A stretch of 64,000 bases of DNA. Source: Octopus sinensis (lineage: Eukaryota). The DNA is taken from contig NC_042998.1 of NCBI RefSeq assembly GCF_006345805.1, forward strand, positions 744,001 to 808,000, read 5' to 3'. Both the position numbers and the translations under genes were made by a program. Shown piece after piece: positions 51,644-64,000 of this stretch (the stretch's first letter is position 1; each line of letters opens with the position of its first letter). Below the pieces are notes generated by a model, which saw only the letters and a list, made by a program, of their open reading frames with translations, was not told the origin of the DNA and ran no database searches.

Positions 51644-52486
51644 TAACAGGGTAAATGTTTTTTTTAATTTTCTCCTGGTTTACGGAATTAATACTTTTTT
51701 GCGGTTGAAGCCTTGGCTGCTATATATATATATAATTAAGATTCAGTTGAATTAGCTACATAATTGAGGCACATTGCCAGTTCGCTATAGTCCGCGAAGT
51801 TTCAAAGTTAGGTGAACAGAATGTCAATAAGTAACAAGCGGCTCCAGTTAATGGACCAATGAAAACATTACATCAATTTAAAAGAAGCCGCTCTCCTAAG
51901 ACTCAGATGACCATAAAGGAGAAATCATTTTCAACAAATTTACATCAATACTAGAAACCAAAATAATTACATTGTTTCCTTATATTATATCTGTGACAAA
52001 ACGAGTTTAGAAATCTATGCATATCTTATTATGCCTAGTATAATTTAGAGAGTAGCAGAGGGAAATAGTTGGGGGTCAAGATGTAGGAGCGGTGACGTAA
52101 TTTATATTTAGAAGATTTTATGCAGCATGCAGTCTTCATAGCATACCCTCTATTATCTCGAAATATACGTAGTATTGCTCTCTAATAACCCTTAACCACT
52201 TCAATGTGCAGTCCTTCAATATTTATATTACATATATACCCCTTCGGTATTGGGATCTTCTTCCTTTATATTTAGTAGAACATATAAATTTGCATTGGAT
52301 TATTAAATCTTGAGCCTCCCCTAAGTATAAGGTATACCCACTAGGAACTGTTATTATTCAACATAGATCAGTATCTTTGATATATTTCACATGTATTCTA
52401 TAAACCCATTTCCAAAGGTATCGTTATCTTAATTTATCTTTTTCAATTAGTATCTGACTTACATATCTTGATTTATCCTTATTTTT

Positions 52487-52975
52487 ATTAGGTTGTCAAG
52501 AAAGTTCTTGTGGAATTTTAAATTTTGGTTTTAAATGATGTATTTTCAAATTAATTTTCATAAAATTAGTTTGACTTTATATATAATTTTAAAGCCCGTT
52601 TTCGCTCTATCTAATCGTGTTACTCTTTTTCTTTTTGAATAATTAGGCCATATTTTCTGGAACGTTGAATACAACATGGACAAAAAGCAAATTCGCACAA
52701 TTTTCTTATTCGAGTTCAAGCTAGGCCGAAAAGCTGCTGAAACAGTTCGCAGTATCAACGATGTGTTTGGCCCAGGAACCACTAATGAACGTACAGCACA
52801 ATGGTGGTTCAAGAAATTTCGTAGCGGTAACGAGAGTTTTGAAGATAATAAGCGTAGTGGTCAGCCATCGGATGTTGACAACGATCAACTAAAAACCTTA
52901 GTGGAAGCCAATCTACGCACAACTGTCCGAGAGCTTGCTTCTAAATTAGGCATAACTTATACGACAATTTGTTTT
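52487..52975 (+). mobile_element. Mariner (Hsmar1/cecropia-like) 5' half: left TIR and DNA-binding domain
   Basis: TATTAGGTTG TIR start; MDKKQIRTIFLFEFKLGRKAAET...TAQWWFKKFRSG..EDNKRSGQP...TTVRELA. Confidence 0.88.
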
Positions 52976-54217
52976 CAATATATGCGACCTGAATTCAAAT
53001 TTGAAAGCAATAGTTTTGCATGAAACGTACCTTTAAACCACCTTGCTCGCCAATACAAAAATCCGCTGGTGTACAGAATTATCTTGCCTAGTATTAGTGA
53101 TAATGCAACAAATCCAGATTGCAATATTGCGCATTATTTTCAAACTTATTTACACTGTATATCGTAGTGTGCAGTATGATTGTTTGCAGGGAAAGTCATA
53201 AAACACGTACAATTGATTTGAGCATCGCAATCGGTTCTTCGGCGGCGACAGCAACAACAACAACAAGACGAATAATAATCCAAACAGCAAAAACAACACA
53301 TCCATCTACACCGCAACGAAACAACAGTAACACAAACAACTGACTTCCAACATATTCTTGTATAAGTCGCCCTTCCCCATCCTGCTAATTTAATGCTAAA
53401 TCTTGGTACAAAATTATTTACCTTCATAGTTTAACTTTGTCCCCGTATATAACTCACTCTCCAGCTTTCCAGTTTAAATCAAGTATAAAATTATGCGGCT
53501 TGAACAGGAGTAAATAAATACGGTACGTATCAAATTTTTGTTACACTTTGCAATGAATATTTTTATATTTTAAAGGGCGGTAAATATAAAATATCTTGTT
53601 GGTTGCAGTTATGGCTCTTAAAGCTACAAACTCAAACTGCACGTCAGAATCGAATTCACAATTCTATAATCGAGAATATACGTACGAGTAAAATACTGAG
53701 GCTGTTATAACCGATAATGCCGAACGTGCGCCATTGTTAGAAATCACTTCAATTACATCTTACATAGATTTCTCTGACTGAAATAACGAGAAAATGTTAA
53801 TGAACTAATCAAAATCAATCAGAATAATTAAGTACTTGCTTTTATTCCACTTGAAATTTCCAATTGATTAATTTCCAGTGCCTCATAGTAATAACACATT
53901 AATAGCTCATCATCTTCTCATCGCATTGGGTGGCCGAGAAAGCATCGTCCATTCAGCTTTCAATGCCGCTCTTCTTCATTCGGAACACAATATGTCTTCC
54001 AGAGACACACGCGATTAAAATGTTAATAGACTGAAATGCCGGTGCGGCAGACATATGCTTCTAGATCAGTACATTCTGAGTTCAAATATCGCCTCAGGTC
54101 AACTTTACTTTTTATCTTTCAAGAAGAATAAAATAAGAATCAGTAAAGTATAAGGATCGATTCCTTTCTCTCACACTGTCTGTCTCTGTATGTCTCCTCT
54201 CTCTCTCTCCCTCTCTC

Positions 54218-54248
<31 letters not shown>

Positions 54249-55329
54249 TCCCAGGACTTCATTCTCCGGGAGAAGAAACTAATGGTGAGACACTTATAAT
54301 GTCTCTCCTCCAAAGTAATTACACCCACTTTGGAAAAATGTGTTTGTAGAGGCTTTACTAGAAGACAGCACAAGCGGTTACACACGCACACACACACATT
54401 CACACACTCTCTCTCTGTATACATATATATATATACATACAAACATGTGTATATACATATATGTGCATGTGTGTATATATATACATGTGTGTGTGTGTGT
54501 GCATGTGAGTGTGTGTCATTAACGATGCGACGGAAGCGGCATTAGTACCAAATAGCAATCTGTAACCCCTACTTAACGTGAATATACTTTGTAAGCTCCA
54601 TAATACTGCAGTATTCGTCTTGAGAAGGCACATCGTGAAGACGTATAGTGTTAAAAAGTTCAGAAATGTCAATAGTGGTCAATGAAAGTGTCCAGCACTG
54701 ACAGTGGACACAGCTAGATTCAGTGATTGTTGCGTGTTTGCACGTCATCAGTTGTAGCTAAGCACAATCATCGTTGAGTAGCCTATAAAAATTGCTATTC
54801 GGTACTAGTACTACTTCCTTTCTCTAAGAACTTTTCCCGCAGTCCACCAGCGAAGGCTTAAGATTGAAGAAAGAGGCAGTGTGACATCAGAAGGTGGAAA
54901 GAGGAAAGAGGAAAGAGTCCAGCGAGAAAGAAAAAATGGCCCGAGAAAAGTACAAGCACCATTACATAGTTGAAATAACTGACCGGAAGTGGAGAGAGAT
55001 AGAGAAAATTGTTTTTGAAGGCAGGAGATTGAGGCGCCATAATAAACTACCAAATAAACTACCAAATTAAGATTTTAATTTTACTAAATCATATATGTCA
55101 ATATCTCAACATCTTTGTTATAGCAAATAAATAAGGCCAGTAACAACGACTCCAGTATGACCTCAAAATTGACTCCATCAAAGTTCAGATTCAGGATATG
55201 CGTCCTGCCAAATAGATATGTTAATGAATGTTAAATCACTCCGCGAGAAAACTGAAGGAACTTAGCTCAGTCAACTATATTTTATTTTATTTCATTTTAA
55301 TCTTTTATTTGTTTCTGTTATTGGGCAAG

Positions 55330-55742
55330 CTGGGACAACGCCCTAAAGGGTTTAGTCAATCAAATCAACACCGGTGCTTTTCTTTTGAAATTAGGTACTT
55401 ACTTATTCTGTCTGTCCCCTTTGCCTAATTATTTAATTATGGAGATGTAAACAAAGCAATACCGGTCATCACGTAAATGAGATGGGGGCAAATACAAAGA
55501 CAGGTATTCTCTCTCCCCCCTCTCTCTCTCTCTCCCTCTCTGTACCACACGCATTCGCGCATGTGCACATACGATAGGCTTCCATACAGTTTCCCTCTAT
55601 CAAAACCACTCACAGCGCATTAATCGGTCTGGGGCTCTAGCAGAAGACACTTGCCCAATGTGCAGTGAAGTGGAACTGAACCCGAAATAACGTGGTTGCG
55701 AAGCAGACTTCTTAACCACATAGTCATGCCTGTACCACTGCT
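55330..55742 (-). mobile_element. Diverged SINE A
   Basis: GAAGACACTTGCCCAA...GGAACTGAACCCG...TTAACCACATAGTCATGCCT. Confidence 0.6.
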
Positions 55743-56443
55743 GCTTAATATAACAGTGATTTATTTTGATTCTGCGCATGTTCAATTTTATTTACGAGAC
55801 ATACAGTTAATATAATCGATTGAATCTGTTCAACCGTTCTCAATGTTTAGCTGCTGCTACTTATACAGCCAAGAGAGATCTTTTAATAGTAAAATGAATA
55901 ATAGATAATACATAATATCGGCCGTTTTTTTAGAGAAAGGAGTAACTATTGACATTTAGCAGTTACCGGATTTTCCGTCATACAAGTCGAATTTTTCAGA
56001 CAAAAATTATACACCAAGACTACTTTGAAAGACCAGAAACCTATGTGAAAATTAAGTAGGATTTGGAAAGATAGTGACGATGCTTGAGTGGTTTAACCAG
56101 AGTTTCTCAACATTTTTTTTTATCTATGGACTCCTTTGATCTTCATTTTACTCAGATAGTCCTCATAGCCATTCGATTTTTTAAAATTATATATTTAAAA
56201 TAACTAAATATTATTAGGATTTCTATTTAAAAAATTGTTAATATATTTTGTGTATTGTAGAAGTTTAAGTAATTTATTGCAAATAAATGTTAACAACAAA
56301 ATATTATGTAGACCCTGGCTTACTCTACATACTACACCGGCTTATATGCCGGAAAAAAATTCAGAAGGATAAGAATCAAAGTCAATCTCGCCATAATTTG
56401 AAACCAGAAAGGTAAAGAGACATAATTGAATTTTGTGTCGGAA

Positions 56444-57623
56444 TCTCGATTGTCCCCACCAATCTCGATTGTCCCCACCAATCTCTATTGTCCCCACCAA
56501 TCTCGATTGTCCCCACCAATCTCTATTGTCCCCACCAATCTCGATTGTCCCCACCAATCTCGATTGTCCCCACCAATCTCTATTGTCCCCACCAATCTCG
56601 ATTGTCCCCACCAATCTCGATTGTCCCCACCAATCTCGATTGTCCCCACCAATCTCTATTGTCCCCACCAATCTCGATTGTCCCCACCAATCTCGATTGT
56701 CCCCACCAATCTCGATTGTACTCACCAATCTCGATTGTCCCCACCAATCTCGATTGTGCCCACCAATCTCGATTGTCCCCACCAATCTCTGTTGTCCCCA
56801 CCAATCTCGATTGTCCCCACCAATCTCGATTGTCCCCACCAATCTCTATTGTCCCCACCAATCTCTATTGTCCCCACCAATCTCGATTGTCCCCACCAAT
56901 CTCTATTGTCCCCACCAATCTCGATTGTCCCCACCAATCTCTATTGTCCCCACCAATCTCGATTGTCCCCACCAATCTCTATTGTCCCCACCAATCTCTA
57001 TTGTCCCCACCAATCTCTATTGTCCCCACCAATCTCGATTGTCCCCACCAATCGCGATTGTCCCCACCAATCTCTATTGACCCCACCAATCTCTGTTGTC
57101 CCCACCAATCTCGATTGTCTCCACCAATCTCGATTGTCCCCACCAATCTCTATTGTCCCCACCAATCTCGATTGTCCCCACCAATCTCGATTGTCCCCAC
57201 CAATCTCTGTTGTCCCCACCAATCTCGATTATCCCCACCAATCTCTGTTGTCCCCACCAATCTCTATTGTCCCCACCAATCTCGATTGTCCCCACCAATC
57301 TCGATTGTCCCCACCAATCTCTATTGTCCCCACCAATCTCTATTGTCCCCACCAATCTCGATTGTCCCCACCAATCTCGATTGTTCCCACCAATCTCGAT
57401 TGTCCCCACCAATCTCTATTGTCCCACCAATCTCGATTGTCCCCACCAATCTCTATTGTCCCCACCAATCTCGATTGTCCCCACCAATCTCTATTGTCCC
57501 CACCAATCTCTATTGTCCCCACCAATCTCTGTTGTCCCCACCAATCTCGATTGTCCCCACCAATCTCGATTGTCCCCACCAATCTCGATTGTCCCCACCA
57601 ATCTCTATTGTCCCCACCAATCC
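56444..57623. repeat. 19-bp minisatellite, about 62 copies (AATCTC(GA/TA/TG)TTGTCCCCACC)
   Basis: Tandem periodicity read directly. Confidence 0.97.
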
Positions 57624-58089
57624 ATCGTTCTCCTCAAATGCAATATTGATAAATACAAAAAGATAAAAGAACGTGATAAAAATTAAGAGCAAAATAATGA
57701 AGAGGATAGTCTAAGAAGAAGAAAAGAATGCGATCTTTAATTTCATTAAATTCCTTTCTTTGATAATTCTTGAAGTAAACTAGCTGAAAGCCAGAGGCGT
57801 GGATTTTCATCCGTATTTAATATTTCTTGATGTGTCTCTGATGAAAGTTTTTGTTTCTCACAGATTTCCAAATCAATATCTAATATCTTGTTTTAAAATG
57901 GTGAGCAGATTTAGGTCATGCAATATGCTGGAGAATAAATGGCTGCGATATCATATTCTTCCCTCTTTTCATTCCTTCTCCTTCTCCTCCTTCCCAACAT
58001 CACAACCATTGTCATTTCTTTATCATGATTATCTACGTTATCATTCAGATTATCACCATTGTTAACGTCAACTTTGTGATTAAGATGAT

Positions 58090-58184
58090 ATTAGTTGTAG
58101 TAGCAGCAGCAGCAGTAGTAGTAGCAGCAGTGATGGTAGTAGTTGTAATGGTAGTGGTGGTGGTGGTGGTGGTGGTGGTGGTGA

Positions 58185-58233
<49 letters not shown>

Positions 58234-58235
58234 TC
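58090..58235. repeat. Compound trinucleotide array (GTA/GCA/GTG)n
   Basis: Direct reading. Confidence 0.9.
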
Positions 58236-58529
58236 TTGTTGGCATTGCAGTCATCGTTATTATTGTCTTCGTCAAAGTTTACGCAGATAATCAGAAGCTA
58301 CGGGCAATCTGAGTGGAATTATATTCAAGAAATGTTGAGAGGAGGAAACAAGAAAGACACGCAGAAAAGTGTAGAGGCAGAAAAAATATGAAATGATAGT
58401 TAGGAATATGGAAATGAAGAAATCATAGAGTAAGATTAAGGAGAAAGAGAGAGAAGAAAAGACAAAGAGAGAATGAGAGAGACAGAAAGAGGGAAAGAGA
58501 AAGAGAGATAGAGAAAGAGAGATAGACAG

Positions 58530-58563
<34 letters not shown>

Positions 58564-59829
58564 CGCGAGTTCGCTAGTTCGCGCGTGATTCTGTGAAAAG
58601 AAATGTATATATTAAGTAAAGGATAGGTTGTGAACGAGAAAAATAAAGTTATAATTGGAAGAGAGCAGGTGAAGAGGTAAAGGATCTTAGAAAACTCAGA
58701 AAACATCTCGATCAGGAGAGACACACGGAGACAAAGCTGGGAACGAATGGAATAGGGGAGGAATTTACAACGGAAACAAGTTACAAAAGAAATGAATTTC
58801 GACCGGGGTGTGTTGTTAGAGCTGTACAGAACAAAGTAACAGACAGGTAGAAAGATGAGAGAGTAACTGAAAGAAGAGGCGAGAGTGAATCTGAAAGAAA
58901 GACTCACCTATTAAAAGGTAAATAACTTGAGAGACAGAGATAAAGATCGAAGTAACGAAGTAGATTTGAATAAAAAATAAGCATTCTACATTCCATTACA
59001 GAGTTCGATTATTCATTAAGTATACATCAAAAGCGATCTATTTACTTTTATTAGTTTTCCAGGTTTTTTAACAAGTTATCAATGTTTCTGTTTTTTTTTG
59101 AGGGGTGGGTCGGCAGGAAACGTAAGAAGCGCAAGAACCTTTCTTTGGCTACAAAATACGTGTTTTTGTTATTGTATTCTATTGAGATGATTTCGGACAC
59201 AATGGCACACAGTCGAATTCATTTTGAATAAAATAATTGCTTATAACGTAGACACAAGTCCATAAATTTTGGGGTCGGAAAAGGATCTGCCGAGTAAATA
59301 GATACCTGTATCTGACTTATTTTATATTATCGACTTCGGAGATCGGATAAACAAATTTGACCTCATCCGGTCCTGTAAGGTGCTCACGATCACAAGAAAG
59401 TAGAGATCCAGGTTCAATGCACGGCTGAAGGGGCGCTACGAGGAGTAATCGCACGAAGGTGTGGAACGAGGGAACGGCGGTTCGGTACATCACACACGTG
59501 GCAGGCACGTTTGAAGGAGTGGAGGCGTTGAAGGAACCTAACTACAAGTGCAATCTTGACTTCGAAAGTTTTCACTTCCTTTTTACTCAGTTTTAAGAAG
59601 GACTACACTTTGAAACATAGATTGTTCATATTTTTCTTCCTTTCAACGTTTAACTACACTACACTTGCTGTCCTACGCTCTTGGACATAAAGGGTTGAGA
59701 GGAAAGAAATGGTGAGAGTAAAAATGTGTAGGGATTAACAGTTAAGCATTTCATCATGTTGAGCTATTAATCTCTACACATGTTTTCTCTCTCCGTTCTT
59801 TTTCTTTTTCTTCGTTTTCACTCTCAACC

Positions 59830-59865
59830 CTTTCTGATGAAGACCGTCGGCCCGAAGCGTCAAAG
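59830..59865 (+). ncRNA. Degenerate minimal HHR in a pLTR-like remnant
   Basis: CTTT-CTGATGA-AGACCGTCGGCCC-GAAGC-GTC-AAAG; GAAA core mutated. Confidence 0.4.
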
Positions 59866-60667
59866 ACTTTTCTATTGTACTTGAGTGTCAAATTAATACA
59901 CCAACTTGTTTTTCCCTCACTTGTCTTCGTCTTTTGTTTTCATTAAATTTGAACTTCACACACACACACACACACGTGTATAAGTGTGTGTATGATAGTA
60001 TAGACACTGTGCTACTGGTATCGTAACCCAGTAAATCCAATCTATGGTCGAGCCGTCTGCGATAAACTGGCAAACCTACCAAGCTATCATGCTTGCTTTT
60101 CAAGGAAGTGATGCTTTTGTTGGACACGCTACAGGATGACAAACACAAATCTATTCAATAGAGTCGACGGACATGAAACAGCTGGGATGGAACAAGTCTG
60201 TAGTTTTTACTCGGGCATTTCCCTAGGACAAGAACAACTGACATAACGCTAACAACTTCGTTTGCATCTTATGAGGTAAGCTAGTTCTTCGCTTTGGGGA
60301 AAATGCATACGTTGTTTAGAGTATGTGATTGTCCCTGTGCAAGGCTTTCCTTCCTTTGAAAAGTTTCAACCCTGCAGTCATCGATTGATTTTAAAATCCC
60401 TATTAATATCTGTATTTTGTGTTGCATGTATATCAAAGCTCGCTGTAGCCGAAAAAGGCAAGACAGTGAATGAAATATATCATGATGGCAGAAGGTATAC
60501 GTCAACATGGTTGCTAAGATCTCTGAACACTTACTGCAAGAGGTAGCCACATTGACTAAAAGAGGGCTGATCTCTAGCAGAAGGAAAAGTTTATATCCGT
60601 GTTATTCATGCTTAAGACAACAATGAAGCAAGGCATTAACCGAAATCCCGTAACAACTATCATATAT

Positions 60668-60777
<110 letters not shown>

Positions 60778-60984
60778 ATATATACACACATCCTACGTCG
60801 CTAATTGGTTCCAGGAGACACGACTTGAATCGAATTAACTTCTCTCTTGGCTACGCTAGGGCGAATTTATTAATAACCATTCCCAGTTCTGTACTTTATG
60901 AATGAATGCATTTTCAATAATATATGGTTAATAAAAACCTATTTTAAGCTTACAAACAAATATTTTTTAATTTTTTAATGCAGT

Positions 60985-62999
60985 ACAGTAAAAAAAATGT
61001 AATCTAAATTTACGAATACAATTTAGCGATGTTTACCGTACATCTCGGACGCTTTATTTATGAATACCGTTTGCAATATGACATGGTAAAATGAAAGCCT
61101 TTTCTAAGCTTAAAAAAACAAATTCAGTAATTATTAATTATTTTGCAATAGTAAAAAAAAAATATTATAAATTTACTAAAGCGTACGTATACTTTGGTGG
61201 TTTATATCGCGGATGTAAATGGCTGTGGATCGTCAGCATCAACAGTTGACTCTGAGAGTTCCTTGAACTGTATTATTTTCCTCAAGGATTACATTAGAAG
61301 GAGTAAAAGCTTCGTGACAAGCCCCTATAATCTTGGAAAAGATTTGGATCCATATCCTCGAACATAGAAAGACCTTTTTCGATACATGCAAATGCTTGCT
61401 GCCTTTTCTTAATGGTAAAGTGACGTGATTCAGGTTCGACTTCCTCTTCGTCTTTATTTTGCTGCTCGTGATGTTTTATCACATCCTCGTTCGTCAGAGA
61501 CTGCTTGTCTTTTCCAAATAAATCTTGAAATCTTCCTCCTCCAAATAAATTTCCAGTTCTTTACTCGTAGTCACCAACGTTTTGTTGATGGCAACATTAT
61601 CAGACCCCTTAAAATCATTCACAAATTGCGGGCAAAGCTTTTTCCATACCCTATTCATAGCCGTGCTCTGTATATCATTCCATGCCGCTACTATGTTCTG
61701 TAAAGCCTTGTATATATCGTACGTCTTCCAAAAGTCCCGAAGTGTGATGGATTCATCAAGATCAGTTGCAGCTATTGCTTGCCGAAGCGTACACTACATA
61801 TGGTAACGCTTGAAGATAGCAATTATTCCCTCGGGGGGAGGTATCCGATGGTAACGTTGGGGTCAAAATCTACGATGCTTTTCGGGTGGCCAAGAGCATT
61901 ATCTAAGATAAGTAAAACCTTAACAAGAATTCCCTTCTCCTTAAAGTACTTCTCTGCTGCTGGGATAAATCTCCAAAAACAACAACAGTAACCCATGCTT
62001 TCGAATCAGTCATCCAGATAACAGGGAAAGGTGCTTTAAGGCACGGGGTTTGTGTGCATGATACACAAGCAATGGCTTTAACTTAAAATTTCCTGCACAA
62101 TTATCTCCCAACATAATAGTCACATGTTCTTTTGAGACCTTGTAGCCTAGAATAGTTCTCTCCTCCTTGGAAATGAATGAACGCTCTGGCAATTTTTTCC
62201 AGTACAATCCAGTTTCGCCTACATTAAAAATCTGTTCGGGAAGATACCCGTTTACTTCGATGATTTTCTTTAATGCGTTAGGAAATTCCGTTGGTACTTG
62301 TTCGTTAGCTGATGCACTTTCACCTTGCTTCTTAATGGAGCGACAACTTCTTCGCTCCTTAAATCTCATAAACCATCCTTGACTTACCTTGAACTCTACA
62401 TCTTTCTCATCTGGATATTTTTTCTTCGGGTCCTCAAACAAAGACAACGCTCTCTCTTGAATGATTTCTTGACTAATAGTAGCTCGCTAACGATTCAACC
62501 TAACAATCCAAAGGGGAACAAGACCTTTCATTTCTTCAAAGAGTTTTCTTATTAATGACAGTGTTCTTCATTTCTGGAGCTTCAGATTTGATTTGTGCTA
62601 AAATCTTGTCTTTATTATGTTGCCCGACCCATCCCAAAAGATCGTGCAATTGCTACGACTTTTTCACTTTTTCATGGTGTTTTATCACAACTAGTTTATC
62701 TTCCAGCATTATAGCATGACGCTTAGCATTTTCACTGAGAATTTTCTTAGGAGCCGTGGGGTCAAAAGGTTAAGTCACAAATGAATGAGAATGAGAAAGT
62801 AGCCGATAAACCGACGTAAAGAAATTTGAATTCAAAACAATAATGGAAATCACGATTGACAACGACACCTAACAGTAGATATCGGAACTACAGTGCAATA
62901 TGAGCTCCAAAAGACCGATAAATGAGGCAACACAGCTAATCTCACGATTTCGTTCACTAAGCTCACTAATTTAGGGTGTGTATCATAACATTTACTGTA
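60985..62999 (-). mobile_element. pogo/Tigger-like DNA transposon, decayed
   Basis: FKVSQGWFMRFKER (CENP-B HTH), GESASA, YLPEQIFNVGETGLYWKKLP, KLKPLLVY; TACAGTAAA at both putative ends. Confidence 0.85.
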
Positions 63000-63495
63000 C
63001 GAATATCAATATGTGCATTTAAGGGTTTTCTAGTAATTTTACGATTCCAATATTTGTGGCGGACAGACATAAAATCTAGTAAAATAACTTGACTTGATTT
63101 TTATTTTTTCATATATTATTTTTGAAAACGTATAATCGAAAACGACTTAAATCATATATATATATATAATCACCCAAAAGTTATAACATAAAAGCTACTC
63201 CGACCCTTTATTCCTTATTTTTGTTAACCAAAATTTCTCGCGTGATTTTAACGTGAATTCTGGTGATTTTTCGCATTTTAATCCAAAACAGAGATGAATA
63301 GTAATTACACCATATGATCGATTTGAAAATTTCCTAAGGTATCAAGATATTTTCTAAACACGAAGGTAATGTTATATATAAACAGTGAGTATATATTATT
63401 TAATAACAGTTTGGCTCAACTCTATGCAACTCTAAGTTCCACGGGTTCATTTTACCAAACGTATTGTGTGCCGCTTTCTTTCGTTTGTTCTCTCA

Positions 63496-63574
<79 letters not shown>

Positions 63575-63599
63575 TGTATGCATGTATGCATGTCAGGTC

Positions 63600-64000
63600 A
63601 CTTTCCAGTGCTACTGGTAACATGTAACCCAGTACAACCTATTGCATGGTCGAGCCGTCGGCGACTAAACCGGCAACCCCACTAAGGTTGCTTGGTGAGG
63701 AGGGTGTTTATTGGACACCCTGCGGGATGAAAAGCAAAACCCGTCAAAGCATGGAGGAACTCTTGAGAGTCAACGGCCATCCAATAAATGTTTTTTTTTT
63801 CTTAAGGCTTAAAGCTGTATCATGCGCGGGGACATAGAAATAATCGGACTGTATACCAGATCGCGCGGTTAAACTATTGGGAGTGAAGGACTCCTAGCCT
63901 TTGTTAGGGCATCCTTCTAGGAGAAGGTAACTCAGGTAACTGGGATAACTCCGACATAAAACCTGCGTCTCAGTGGTTACCGATGGTGTTGTCTTGTTCT
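63600..64000 (+). mobile_element. Possible 5' region of an RTE-type LINE; partial related copy at 60005-60090
   Basis: GGGCATCCTTCTAGGAGAAGGTAACTC...AAAACC resembles RTE 5' UTR motifs from memory; no ORF in window. Confidence 0.3.

Larger units (their letters stand above)
50702..51722. mobile_element. Inverted concatemer of a 450-nt HHR-bearing monomer (retrozyme or Penelope pLTR-like)
   Basis: 50702-51141 is one monomer on the minus strand; 51161-51722 is ~1.25 monomers on the plus strand; GAAAC at 51171 and 51621 gives a 450-nt period; (TA)n on both sides. Confidence 0.88.

Noticed and set aside
54725-54760. Minus-strand CTGATGA-CGTG caaa CACG
   Set aside because: Followed by CAAC instead of GAAA, with no stem I or III.
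56342-57692. Multiple Cys/Pro/His or Trp/Gly repeat ORFs
   Set aside because: The 19-bp unit has no stop in any frame; artefact.
63860-63950. Possible HDV-like ribozyme in the RTE-like 5' region
   Set aside because: A P4-like hairpin is present, but I could not assign P1 or the catalytic C.

Overview
AT-rich, repeat-dominated eukaryotic DNA with no host protein-coding gene I can support. The tRNA-derived SINE families and very dense (TA)n/(CA)n/(TATG)n/(AAT)n arrays suggest an octopus or other coleoid cephalopod (inference). Main contents: (i) two (AAT)n-associated clusters of R4/Dong-clade RLE non-LTR retrotransposons (15.5-22 kb and 43.8-48.9 kb; three families, all co-oriented with AAT); (ii) a 5'-truncated CR1, a LINE ORF1 remnant, mariner/maT/pogo fragments and many SINEs; (iii) three minisatellites (34, 37 and 19 bp units). 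The most interesting signal is absent from the ORF track: at least 7 different non-coding elements, mostly embedded in (TA)n, carry type-I hammerhead ribozyme (HHR) folds, often inside fold-back inverted repeats, as expected for Penelope-like pseudo-LTRs or retrozymes. The best case is a 450-nt structured monomer at 50.7-51.7 kb, present as an inverted, circularly permuted >1-unit concatemer with two intact HHRs. HHR folds were paired by eye; ribozyme activity is untested and element boundaries are approximate.
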